This document shows positions 38,140-51,547 of a stretch of DNA of 64,000 nucleotides, in pieces. The translations under genes were made by a program, and so were the position numbers. Positions within the stretch are counted from its first letter, which is position 1; every line of letters begins with the position of its first letter. The notes under the pieces are model-generated. The model worked only from the letters and a program-made list of their open reading frames with translations. It was not told where the DNA came from and made no database searches. The DNA comes from Octopus vulgaris (lineage: Eukaryota): NCBI GenBank assembly GCA_951406725.2, contig OX597823.1, positions 47,368,001 to 47,432,000 of the forward strand, read 5' to 3'.

Positions 38140-38870
38140 TTTCCCACACACACACACGCATACATACTCACCCAAATACAAACAAAAACACTCACACGAC
38201 CATTCACACATGCACATCTGTACTCACGCAAATACACATGCGCACATACATAAATACACGATGCGCACCCCAATACAGTTAAAAAAAAAGAATTCACACG
38301 CAAATATACATCCTATTGCAGTAAAACACAAAAATGCACAGAACGTGTAAGTCATGCACGTACGTACGAAATAATGTTCAACTGTTCACGGACACAGAAA
38401 ACATATGCAATCATGCACAGACACACACACACGTGTGTGTGTGCACATGCAAACACATACACACACATACACACACATACAAACTTACCTTAAGTCATTC
38501 ACGTGTACAGAAAACACATGCAATCAAGCACACTCACATACACACATACACAAACACACTCACTCACACATGCATACACACACGTGTGCGTGTATGTATG
38601 TGCACATGCATACACACGCGTGTGCATGTATACACACACATGTATACATGTATACACACACATGTATACACACACGTGTGCGTGTATGTATGTGCACATG
38701 CATACACACACACGTGTGCGTGTATGTATGTGCACATACAGACACATACACACAAACTTGCATTAAGTCGTTCACGTGTACAGAAAACATACAATCATGC
38801 ACACACTCACACACATACACACACACACACATGCTCATACATGCACACACACATACACACACACACACAT
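38140..38870. repeat. Compound CA-rich purine-pyrimidine alternating repeat with local duplications
   Basis: ACACACGTGTGCGTGTATGTATGTGCACATGCATACAC units are repeated, and TTCACGTGTACAGAAAACA is duplicated. This block produces several spurious HT-rich ORFs. Confidence 0.85.
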
Positions 38871-39378
38871 TCTCGCAACAGGGACACAAACGTCCAGCGG
38901 TTATTTCACATTGCATAGAAGAAGAAGAGGAAAAATTTAAAAAAAAACAACCACTTTACGCAGTCATACAAGCTCACAAACACACAGGTGGACATACATA
39001 CATACATACATACATACAGACACACACTCCCACAACTCTCTCACACACCGTCTGTGCCTCCCCCCCCCACAATACCAATATCCCCCCCACCACCGACACC
39101 AGCATCTCCCCCTCCTCCCCTTCCCCCCCGACACCGACATCTTCCTCACGTTTTTTTTTTTTTTTTATTAGGCCATTCCTTTATTTTTTTTTTCTGTTGT
39201 CAGATAAGTAACATAAAAACTTTCATCTCATAATTGTCCAAACAGGTTTGGGAGAAGGGTTCAATAGTCGTATAAGCTGCAGCATAATAACTCCTTACTG
39301 TTTAGTCATGCACAGTTGCACACGTTGTTTAGCAGCAGTCTTGTTTGTTGCTTCTCTCTTTTTTTTTTTTTTTTATAC

Positions 39379-39412
<34 letters not shown>

Positions 39413-39529
39413 TTAGTTCGAGAACACACACAGTCAAACCTGTTAGATATTGCACCCCAGGTCTATAGAATAAAAAGAACAAATAAATAAAACTGTAAAA
39501 TATACTCTGAACATTTTCTGTCCTATATA

Positions 39530-39730
39530 TTATTACTATTATTATTATTATTATCATTATTATTATTATTATTATTATTATCATTATTATCATTATCATC
39601 ATCATTATTATTATTATTATTATTGTTATTATCATTATTATTATTATTATTATTGTTAGTATTATCATCATCATTATTATTGTTGTTATTATTATTATTA
39701 TTATTATTATTGTTATTATTATTATTATTG
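39530..39730. repeat. (ATT/ATC)n microsatellite
   Basis: Direct inspection. Confidence 0.95.
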
Positions 39731-41144
39731 ACTGAAAATTGGCCAAGGTTAAAATGACATATTTCTTACCAACTGAGCAGACTAGTGTTGATGTTTTATA
39801 GACTTAAACATGCATACTCCCACTGACATTATCTGTATTGTGGATACTCCCACATAGTCAAGCAGGCACACATATACACGTGTGTGTATGCCTGTGTGCG
39901 TGTGGTGGACTGAGAGTGTGTGTGTGTATGTGTGTTCTGTAGTGGGGCTTGATTGTGGCTTCAGGTCTCAACTCTTAAAAGCTTTATTCATTCTTTCAAA
40001 CTCGAGGCAGCAATAAAAGCCCTTACAGCACATAATATATTTTGCTTCACTATCAATATTAGTTCTTTTCAACAGAAATTGTTGATATTTTTTTGTCTTT
40101 TTTTTTTTTTTTTTTTTACTCATTTCAATCTTTTTAGTCAAACAAACTGACCCCCGTCTGCACCCCGCAATACTTATTTTATTTTATTAATTTAAAACCT
40201 GGTACTTATTCTATATACTCTCTTTAACCAAACTGCTAAGTTACGTGATGTAAACACACCGACACAGTGGGTGGGGAAACACAAACACATACACACACAC
40301 ACATACATGAACACACACTGCTTTCAGTTTACAGCTAGCAAATCCACTCACAAGGCTATAGTAGAAGACACTTGCCGAGGTGCCAAGCAGTGGAACTGAA
40401 CTTGGAACCATGTAGTTGGGAAGCAAGCTACTTTACCGCACAGCCACACCTGTGCCCTTTTGTTATTTTTCATTTAATAACTTTAACATTAAAACTAAGT
40501 TGCCTATCTATCTATTTACCTAAAGTAGCTATACATACATATATACGCACAAATATATGGTTGTGTGTGTGTGTGTGTGCATACCTATGTGTATGTGTGT
40601 ATATACACACATACACATAGGTATGTTCATATATATATATATAGGGAGAGAGAGAGAGAGAGAAATAGATAGATAGCTATATATACTTTCATAGATATAT
40701 ACATATATACTTTCATAGATATATACATATATACATCCAATACTGGAGTGTTTATGTTCCCATAACTTAGCAGTTCGGCAAAAAAGACAGAAACAATAAG
40801 TACTAGGTCTACAAAGAATAAGTCCTGGGGTCGATTTGTTCAACTAAAGGTGGTGCTCCAGTATGGCCACAGTCAAATGACTGAAACAAGTAAAAGAATA
40901 CATGAATATATATGTGTGTGTGAGTGTATATGTGTATAGGTATATTTGTGTATATATGTATGCGTGTATAGGTATGTGTGTGTGTAGGTATGTGTGTGTA
41001 TACATGTGTGTATAGATATGTGTGTGTATATTCATATATGTGTGTGTGTCATGTATATTTTTTCTATACATATGTATATGTATATGTTTTTGTGCATATT
41101 TATATATTTGATGATATGTCTATATTTATTTATTTATGTATGTA

Positions 41145-41196
<52 letters not shown>

Positions 41197-42356
41197 GTAT
41201 GTACCTATGTGTGTATGTATGTATGTATACACTCACATATATATCAAGATGCTTATATGTGTTTATTTATGTCTGTATATGTGTATATGCATGAATTAAT
41301 GTGTGAATACATTTAGTTCTATAGTCACATATGTGCATACACACACAGACACATATCTATATACATATGTCTCGGTTTGTGTGTAGATATATACAAGTCT
41401 ATGTTTGTGTGTAGATATGTACAAGTCTATGTTTGTGTGTGTATACATATCAATTAGATATGTCTGCATATGCAAAAAGTGTGTATACATTTATTTAACC
41501 ATTGTTGGAGGGCTTCCCTACTGAATATTTCATTTATTCTTTTGATACATGTTTGTCTGTGACCTATTCTTCTCTACATTGGATGCAATTGTGATATATC
41601 GATCAGACAAAATAGAAACAGGATGATTTCCAACTCCAATACAATCGTACATCGATTCTTAGCTTTCCTTTGATCCTTTATTGGATGTTTCAATTCAGAC
41701 AAACAAGCCTGTGCCACAACATTTTTTTTTTACACACCTATTTGCCGGTGCCAATCATTTTTCAATTTGATGTCCTTGTCTCTAATAACACACATCGCTT
41801 CTTTCTGGAACTTCAAAACCTGTAAAAATCGTTTTTCTTTTTTTTTTTCCTTCTCTCACTCTCTCTCCTTTTTTTTTTTTTTTTTTTTCCTTTCTATTTT
41901 TAATTTCAAATATCAATTCTATTAACCTTTTATGGCTTTATGATTTGAATGTTCGAAATGAGGACAAAGCTTTTTCTCTTCTGTATATTTTTCCCCTTTT
42001 ATTCTATTGTTCTTTTTAAAGCTTCAGCTGACTGCATTTTGCAGTGCTTATATTTCTTTCTCTGTTGTGTTCTGACATTCCAAACCTGGCTAAGAGACAT
42101 TCTGGAATTTAGGTCAATTTTCATAGCCAACAATGTGATTCAAGTCTGTTGGTTAAGTTGAGAAGGAGAGGGGGAAGTTTCGTTGACACCTTTTGATGCT
42201 ATTTATTTACGTGTTTCGAGAGTGCAGATGGCCAAGTGGAGAATGCGCGATCAGGCGACAGAGTAGTGGCTCATATTCCTTCATCTGCAAAAACTTTTGC
42301 CACAAAGACACTTAAATCGTTAGTATTTATGTCTACCTCGTTACTGGCAATATATA

Positions 42357-42810
42357 TATTGGTTTCAAATTTTAGCATAAAGCCAGCAATTTCAGCAGAC
42401 TGGGTAAGTCAATTATATTGACCCCAGTTTTTTCAATAGCTACTTTTTTTTTATTGACCTCAAAATGATGAAAGGCTAAGTCGACCTCAATGGAATTCAA
42501 AACATAAAGACAAGCAATATGCAGCTAAGCATTCTGCTCTTTGTGTTAATGATTCTGCCTGCTCACTGCCTCAACACTGTTTATGATATTGGTTTCAAAT
42601 TTTGGCACAAGGCCAGCAATTTCAAGGGAGAGGGTAGGTCAATTACATCGACACCAGTTCTCTTCTCAACTGGTATTTATTCTTATCAACTCCAAAAGAA
42701 TGAAAGGCAAATCTGACCTTGGCAGAATTTGAATTCGGAACTTAAAGATGGACAAAATGCTGCTAAGAATTTTCCTCAGTGTGCTAACAATTCTCCCAGT
42801 TCATAACCTT
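42357..42810 (-). mobile_element. Two tandem diverged SINE family B copies
   Basis: Both begin ATTGGTTTCAAATTTT.GCA.AAGGCCAGCAATTTC and contain GATGAAAGGC.AA.TC. Similar tandem pairs at 46025-46460 (-) and 52480-52860 (+). Confidence 0.7.
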
Positions 42811-43949
42811 TTCTGAAAATATGTAATTGAAATTTGTTTGTTAGTCTATAGGAAAGAATCCAGCACTGTCATTGAATCCCTTACCAGTTTTGGTGCAATT
42901 TACCACTGCATTCAAACTCTAGTTCTGATTATCGAATGTCTGAGACGATGGTTTTACCTCATCACTGGATATTCACTTTCATAATTAGCTGGACATGAGG
43001 GATTCACTCCATTCCAGATTTTAAATGTTATTGTAACAAGACACTTTTCCTTCACACAATTTACATTTTTCTATTGCTTATATTCATCCATAATTTTACA
43101 CACAATTCCTGTGTTATGGAAAAGTTGTGTTCTAGAAAATCTGGCCATAATACAGAATTCCATAATGTGAAACCTCTTTTTTTCCCCATAGATTCTCCTG
43201 TTAAATGGAAATCAATGGCCATAAAAATCAATGGGAAATATGTTCTGTGTTATGGAATCTTGTGTTACAGCAGGATTTTTAACAATACATTTTCCTGATT
43301 TAGTTGGATGCCAATTCTTCTTGGGGGCATTTCCTAAGTTCCTTGATATTTAATTTTCTTAGGGATTGCCATTGGAATATTTGTTCTAATACTTTACCAT
43401 TATAATGAATTTCATTAAAGATTCATTTAGTGGTAGTCACATCTCGTGTTTAAATTCTGATGGAAAGTAATTAACAAATCTGTGTCAATTCCAGTGTTTG
43501 AGAATATCTGACATAGTTTTCAGTTTCAAGATTTCAGAGACAATAACTAATGCTAAAAAAAAAAAAAAGAAAATGCTCCAGAAAAATACAAATAAAGGGA
43601 ACAAACAAACAAACGAAACGAAGGAAAAAAAAAAAAAGAAGCCATTTCTATATTTAGAAATTGCTATGAAATGGTTGCATACACTTGTAAAAAGATTAAT
43701 CCTTGTAAATAATTTGGTCTCGGATCAGCTGAATTGTCTCAAGGCAAGTCTGTTAGTGACTACAATGAATTACTTTCTGCCACTGAAGTCTGATTATTAT
43801 TTGCCGAGAGCTGTTGCAGTAGATTTTCACATGTGTTATTGTTCCATTATCAACTAATCAATACTTTACAGTGTCTAGTCTTTCTATGCTGTCTCTTTCA
43901 TTCACATTGAACGTTGTCTAACTGCACGTAGAAATTAGGGTTGTGAAGA

Positions 43950-43990
<41 letters not shown>

Positions 43991-46900
43991 AATATTTCAA
44001 GAATTTTTAAAGGAGCTTAGTGTTAATAAGTATGGATCAAATCTTATTTTACATCAAGTCTCCTTTCTTAATGCTTTTATATTTCCACTAAAAGACTAGA
44101 AAGAAAGATTGCAACTCACTATAATGTTCATTCTATCTAGATTTCTTCTTTGAGTTTAAATTTTCTCATATCAAATCTAAGTAAACACTCTCAGCTTTTG
44201 CCTTCATGATTTTTCACAAGTTTTTTTTTTTCTATTTTGCCCTTATTCAAGTTCATGAAATACTATAAAGGAGTGACCTTTTTTGTTCATACATGTAAAT
44301 GACTTTCTGCTGAAATGAGATTTTGGAAGGTTTTTAAATTTGAAGATTTGCTTGAGTTATTGAAGAAAATATTTAGCATTTCTGTCTACACTTAGCATAT
44401 AGCAATGACATCACTTTCAAATAATGCATTTTGCTCACTAATTATGTATCTTCATAACTACATGTTGATGTCCGTGATCTCCAAAGACACTGCAATGTCA
44501 AGCAGGTAGTTTTAATCAGGACTCTAATTTCTAAGATTAGCTTCAAGAAAAACCAACTTCTTCAGTCACTTTTCTATCTTAATTACATGTTTGCTTTGAG
44601 TTAGGTTTGATTAAGCAGACCAATAATCAAACATACAAGACCTTGCAGAATTGGTCATCCCTGCTTTTCTGAGATGGAAGCACATAATTTGAGGAAGATG
44701 TGATTGCTATTTTTCACACATCAAGTAACTGTGTAAAGTTTCCCTCTTTGGCATGATGAGTTCCTGTGATCATATCTTTCCACAATTTCCTTAATTTGGC
44801 ACCAACTTGCTAAACCTTACAGATTCTTCAATTTGTGAGGTTTTCAATTAGTGACCAAATCATTTAAGATTAGGGTACTTTCAATGTATTATTGAATATC
44901 ACACACAGCAATAACTTTCCAGTGACATTGACTTCTTGGTATGTTAGGTCAGTGTTCTTACAGTATTCTATTGCTCTCCCCTTTGCTGCTGAAATCATTG
45001 GGAAAAGCTTGCACTCTGTCACTATGAAATCCTCCCCTCCTTTCTTTTTCTCTCACTCTTCTCAGTCATCAGGGAAATTCATGATCAATCATCATCAACA
45101 TTTAACATTCATTTTCCATGCTGTCATTGGTTGGACAGCTTGACCAAAACTGGCAAAGCCAGGGCTGCACCAGGTTCCATGCTCTGTTTTGGCTTGGTTT
45201 CTATAGCTGGATGCCCTTCCTAATGCCAACAACTTTACAGTGTGCTCTTGGTACTTTTTTATGTGGCACCAACACCACTACTTTTTATGTGGCACCAGCA
45301 TCAGTACTTTTTTTTTTTTTCCATGGCACCAGCACCACTGGTTTTTTTTATGTGGCACCAGCACCCACACCATTGTTTTTCAGACCATTTGTCTGTAGTA
45401 AATTAGAAATCATCATCATCGTTTAACATGTTTTCCATGCTGGCATGGGTTGGACAGTTTGAAAGAATCTGGCAGTGTCAGTTGGATGCCCTTCCTTATG
45501 CCAACTACTTTACTGTGTGTACTGGGTGCTAATTTTTTGGGGGGCCATGGGCACTAATGAAGTTGTTGCCAAGCAACTTGCTAGGGAAAGAACAGGAAAA
45601 ATCCCCTCTCAACTAATTCAGATGGTCTATTTCTAATACAGACACAAAGCCAGAAATTTTGGAGGGAGGTATTAATTAATTAGCATGACTCCTGTTATTT
45701 AATTTTATTGACCCCTAGAAAGGTGAAAAACAAAGTCCACTTTCAAGGGATTTGAACCGATTCCAGTTATTCTCCACTTCCAATACATGTCAAAAATAGC
45801 AATCATAATTTTAATTATAATTATAATTTGAATTATAATTTGAATTTTGAACCAGACCAGGTCAGGTCAGGTCAGGCTGGAGATTTTAGAGGAAAGGTAT
45901 TGTTGACTGTTTTGATTCTTTCTTGACTCTGGAGAGAAGAGAGTTTGATAGAAACTGGTAACTCAGAAGAATACAATATAACATGTATGCTTGATATTCT
46001 ATCATTTCTACTATTAACTACAGCCTGGTTTCAAACTTTGACACAAGGCCAGCATTTTGGGGGAGAGAGCTAGTTGGTTGATTTCATCGACCCTGGCAGC
46101 TCAACTGGTATTTATTTTATCGACCCCAAAAGGATGAAAGGAGAAGTCGACCTCGGCAGGATTTGAACTCGGAACATAATATGAAATGCCACTAAGCATT
46201 TTGCCTATCAAGTGTGCTAATGAATCTCTCAGCTTGCCACATTTAGAAGTAATGATTGCTTCAAATTTTTGGCACAAGGCCAGCAATTTCGAGGTGGTGC
46301 TAAGTTGATTACATTGACTTGTACTTCCTTTATCGACTTCAAAAGGATGAAAGGTAAAGTCAACCTCAGTAGAATTTGAACTCAGAACATAAAGAGATAG
46401 ACAAAATTCCACCAAGCATTTTGCCTGGTGTGCTAATGATTCTGTCAGCTTACCATCTTAACCCACCACTCATACTGACAGTTGTATAAGTATACACATA
46501 AGATTCCTTTTGTTTTTTTTTTTTTTGTTTATTTAATTCAGTTCTGTTATGTATGTGCTAACTTAAGTTCATTACTCTCACCTTCAACATTTTATCTATT
46601 TTCATCTTCCCTGCCCTGACCATTTATTTTCTCCTATATTTCTTGCTTTTTTTTTTTTAATATATTTACGTCTTTATGACAGCTGATTTGTCCTATGTGG
46701 TAGTGGTTCCTTTTATAGGACATGCTCCACGAAATGTATTGTTGTTGTTGTTGTTGTTCTTAGTCTGCTTAAGACTGTAAAGCATTAAGAGGACTTTTGT
46801 TCTGCTTTCATATTTCATTCACTTTGAAATGTACTATATATTCCTTCCCAGATTCACTTTTACTCTACAGCATTCATATTCCTTGTTTTACGCTTTTTTT

Positions 46901-48772
46901 TTTTTACTTATATTTACCAAACAGCACTGTCTGTGCATCACTGCGCATGCACGTGTGCCCGCACACGCACACACACACACACACACTTACACACTGACAC
47001 TTAAACACACTTTACTCTTGTGACATCTTTGTTTGTTCTGCTTTGATGTTCTAAATACTTGACAGCCTTCTTCCTCTTTCCTTAACCCATTAAGGAATCT
47101 CATTTGCTCTATTTCCTTTCTCACTGCACCTTTTACCTTCCCTCTTTAGTCTCTTCCTTCTCCTTTCCATTTTCTTCATGTCCTACTTACTTTTCAGTTT
47201 ACCTTGGCATTTCGCTACGCCGTTCATTGTAATTGTGGCAAGATGATTTCCCTTAACAACAGGAATATTATAACATATAATTTTTGATAATTCCTCGTTC
47301 ACTGTAGACTAGATGTCCTTTTAAACATCTCCTCTTTACTCTGGTTTAAGTTTGGCTTCCTCCCTCCCTTCTTTTATCCTTCTCCTATCACAGACTACCC
47401 AGACATCAATTCTTTGGTTTGGTTGTATTTGATTTTGCTCTGCTTAATATTTTCTATATCGTTGGTGTAGCCCTGACTCTTTCACCTGAGATATTGTTCA
47501 ATAATTGATATAATGTTTGTCTTGCATACAAAACTGGTCATTTGCTTCATTAAATTAACATACATATATTTTCTTCACCACCCCCAAGCAACATTATCCA
47601 TTTTCTAATTCCATTGTATTTCATCAGTTCTGTATGAATTCAACTTTGAAAAATGCCATCTAACGACTCATAAATATTTACATTTCTACATGTGATTTCC
47701 CATGCTGTGGGCTTTTTGCAGGGCACCTACTTGTATAAATCTTGGGGAATAGATCAGTTATGGATGAATAGCCATCATATTTCAAACCAGTTGTAAACTA
47801 GGAGTGAAGCTTGTTTTTTTTTTTTTTGTTTTTCTCAATAGCAAGAGCAGATTGTGGCAAAGGGAGCCGTATTCTAATGTATAACAGGAGCATTTATGTG
47901 GTTGCCTAGTTAGCAAGAAATAGATACCAAATTTTCTTCAGATTATACTTTGCTGCCTTAAAAAAAAAAAAAAAACTGGTTAAAATGCACTGGACTATGG
48001 TTGTCTTTAAAGATGGAATAGTCATGGCTGGAATGACTTTTATCATAGTTCCACCTGTCTAGAGTTGACCTGGAATTAATTGACTACAAAAATTATGATA
48101 GTAGAAATTGTAACTACTTTTCAACAGCAAACCTGTCAGTTTTTCATCTCTGTTATAGCCATTGCTCTGTGCTTGTGTTTCTGTTGCAGCAAATGCTGGC
48201 AAGAATTTTTGTTTGTTTGTTCCAAAAAATGCTACATTCAGCAGATATTAAAGATTGATTTCACATTTCTGATTGATGAGTTAGGTTCATGTGACTGCTA
48301 AGAAATAAGGCTAATAGTTTCAATTAACTAATAGCTAATGCCTTTGTGCACAAGGTTAAAAATGCACATTGTATGTATACGTAAACACACACAGATAAAT
48401 AGAAACATCTCTGTGTACATGTGTGTGTGTGTGTATAGCTTGTGTGTAAAACAGACACACACACACACATGCACGCTCATACACACAAACACACACACAA
48501 CAGGCTTCTTTCAGTTTCCATCAAACAAATCCACTCACAGGGTTTTGGTTGGTGCAGGTCTGTAGTAGAAGACACTCCCCAAGGGTGCAATGGAGTAGGA
48601 TTGTGCATAAAGTGATGTAGTTAGGAATTGAGTTTCTTAACCAAACAGCCACACCTGAATCTATATTTGATTGCATATAAATAGGACATACGTATATAGC
48701 ATGTGTGTTCAAAGATATACCTGTGTGTGTGTAAATATATATACGTGTGTGTGTATGCATATATATGTGTGC

Positions 48773-48827
<55 letters not shown>

Positions 48828-51295
48828 CTGGGTCTCTGTAGGTTATGATGACAAGTATTCCAGTTGATTCAATCAGAGGAACAGCCTGCTCATGAAATTA
48901 ATGTTCAAGTGGCTGAGCACTCCACAGACATGTGTACCCTTAATGTAGTCCTCAGGGTGATTCAACATGACACCAAATGCGACAAGGCTGGCCTTTCAAA
49001 TTACAGGTACAACTGATTTTTGCCAGCTGAGTGAACTGGAGCAATGTGAAATGAAGTGTCATAACACACCACCAGGAATTGAAATCGTGACCATACAATC
49101 GCGAGCTGAATACCCTCACCACTTTGCCATGTGATTTTAATCGATCTTAATTTTAACGTCTACTTTTCCATACTTGCATTAGTCAGAGAGAATTTGTTGT
49201 GGTACGTTCTCTGTAGAAAGATGCCCTTCCTGTTGTTAAACCTCATCTGCTCACAAACAGCGTAATAGTTCCCTATGCTCAGACATGTTTGCATAAGAGT
49301 AGTTTTCGGGAAGATTCAGCATGACACAGAATATGACAAAACCAGCCCTTTGAAATACAGGTATAATTCATTTATGCTAGCTGAGTGTACTGGAGCAACA
49401 TGAAATAAAGTGTCTTGCTCAAGGACACAACACATCGCTGGGAATTGAACTCATGACCTTATAATCATAAGCCAAATACCCATAACCAATAAGCTATGTG
49501 TCTTCACCAAACACACACTTGCATAAATGCACACACACACACACACACACATACACACTTGCATGTGTATTTGTGTGTCATAGAGCTTTCAGTAAGTTTT
49601 CAAGAGTGGTGATAGAGCAAATGATAACAACAGTGTAGTTAATGAAATCCATATTGACATTTTGCATAGACACATAGACACATAACATGTGAGGCAAATC
49701 AGACTACGTTGAGACATTCATGTTGCCCTTCTCTGGGTCATAAGGGAACCGTGTGAAACCTAATGCCTGAAACCCGGGAATTAAAAAACCTGATTGGGGT
49801 GCTGTGAGGGGAAAGCTTTTCCTTTACTCTAGTGTGGCTGCCACAGTAGAATAAATATTAATTTATAAATTTAGATTGTGTTGTTAGAAGAATAAAAGAA
49901 ACAAAACATATAATTTCAGTTATATTCCCCATATAATGGACACAGTAGCCTACATAATTGTGAACCTCAGTCACGCCACCATATCATGTCTTTCATTCTT
50001 TCATATCTTGTCTTTCTATCTGTCCCTACATACATACATAACGTGTGTGTGTGTGTGTGTATACATATATAGGTATGCACTCGCACGTAAATATTTGTGT
50101 GTGTGTGTATGTATATAATAATTATGTATATGAATATACACACACACATTAAACAAACGTGTGTGTGCATGTTTATGTATGTATATATGCATATATGTAT
50201 ATATTGGCTATGTGGTTAAGAAGGTTGCTTCTGAACCACATGGTCTCTGGTTCGGTCCTACTGTGTGGCACCATACGCATGTATCTTCTGTTGTAGCCCC
50301 AGACAGACCAGAGCCTAGTGAGTAGAGTTTGTGGATGGAAACTCTGGTAAATCCCATCATGTTTATATATGTCTATGTGTCTGTGTGGAGGCACGTGGCT
50401 AAGTGGTTAGGGTGTCAGCACCATGATCGTAAGATTGTGGTTTCGATTCCTGGACCGGGTGACGCGTTGTATTCTTGGGCAAAACATTTCATTTCATGTG
50501 GCAAAAATGAGTAACGCTGCGATGGACTGGTGTCCTGTCCAGCTGGGGAACAAATACACCATAGAAACTGGGAAACCGGGCCCATGAGCCTGGCTAGGCT
50601 TTAAAAGGGTGCATTTATTTTTTTTTATTTTATATGTGTCTGTGCCTTCATATTGCTTGATAATCGTAAATGAGTGTCACTGTCATACAAGCAGTGTCAC
50701 ACATTTTTAATATTATGCAAAAAAGACATGTTTGGACAATTGGAAATATCAGCTTGCTAGGAAATAGGTGTAAGTGGGCATCAGAAAGCTCATCCTGTTG
50801 TAGGAAATTGACCTCACTGTACACTGTCCAAATCGTGCAAGCATGAGGAAGTGGTTGTTAAAAAGTAGAAAGCATGCCAAGGCACTCAGTAGAGCTTGGT
50901 GTAGTCCTGTGGCCTGCCAGCTTCTGCCAAACAGTCCAACCCATACCAGCAAGGAAGGCAGATATTAAATGATGATGATGATATATATGTATGTTTACAT
51001 GTATGCATATATATATCTATAATATATATATTACAAAGGGGTCTAATGCTCTTAGTTTAGACTTTTTGGGGGACAACTAGATCAAACCATCTCAAGTGTA
51101 ACTGTCCAAAATGGTCGTGACTTCTGGCACTTGACTGATGAAAGAAAGCCAAGAATGACCCGTCTTTTTTGCCTGTCCTAATTGCTGTTTCTCTTGTCTG
51201 CCTTTGTATCATCTATCTGTCTGAGTGTTTTAATGCCCTCTATTATGTTTTTGTTCCATTTATATATATGTGTGTGTGTGTGTATGTATATATAG

Positions 51296-51493
51296 TTATT
51301 CCAAACATGAACAAAGAGAAAACACAACAACACGAGGATGTGGAACAAGTATAGTGTTATTGGACGCTCAGGAAAGGAAAGAAAGTAGGAGGATTTACCG
51401 TTTCGAGCGGAGCTCTTCGTCAGAAACGTAGAAAAAGGAAAGGTCCAAGGAAGGGAAGACGGAGAAAGGAAATTGCCAACAATACACATGCGG

Positions 51494-51497
<4 letters not shown>
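51296..51497 (-). mobile_element. Penelope-like element end carrying a minimal hammerhead-ribozyme-like motif
   Basis: Minus strand 51423-51396: CTGACGA-AGAGC-TCC-GCTC-GAAAC-GGTA (CUGANGA, stem II GAGC/GCTC, GAAA). Flanked by (TA)n. Confidence 0.55.

Positions 51498-51547
<50 letters not shown>

Larger units (their letters stand above)
27150..48375 (+). other. 5' arm of giant long-range RNA hairpin 2
   Basis: Collinear antiparallel helices with 49630-63680. Examples: 30550-30562:62120-62132 (perfect 13 bp), 31086-31094:61722-61730 (perfect 9 bp), 41651-41665:57497-57512, 43020-43034:56319-56333 (15 bp with G.U), 48281-48292:49751-49763. Confidence 0.75.

Noticed and set aside
38334-39211. 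Longest ORFs in the track (194 and 268 aa, His/Thr-rich)
   Set aside because: Translations of CA-rich microsatellite. The same applies to all YI/CV/HT-repeat ORFs in the window.
42210-42320. Minus-strand RFKCLCGKSFCR resembling a zinc finger, and a possible AG..GT exon
   Set aside because: An immediate stop, wrong ligand spacing, and the segment pairs with ~56470-57020.
43728-43793. Short frame ending ...LLSATEV* (PDZ-ligand-like C-terminus)
   Set aside because: No polypyrimidine tract; it lies inside a densely paired module; likely chance.
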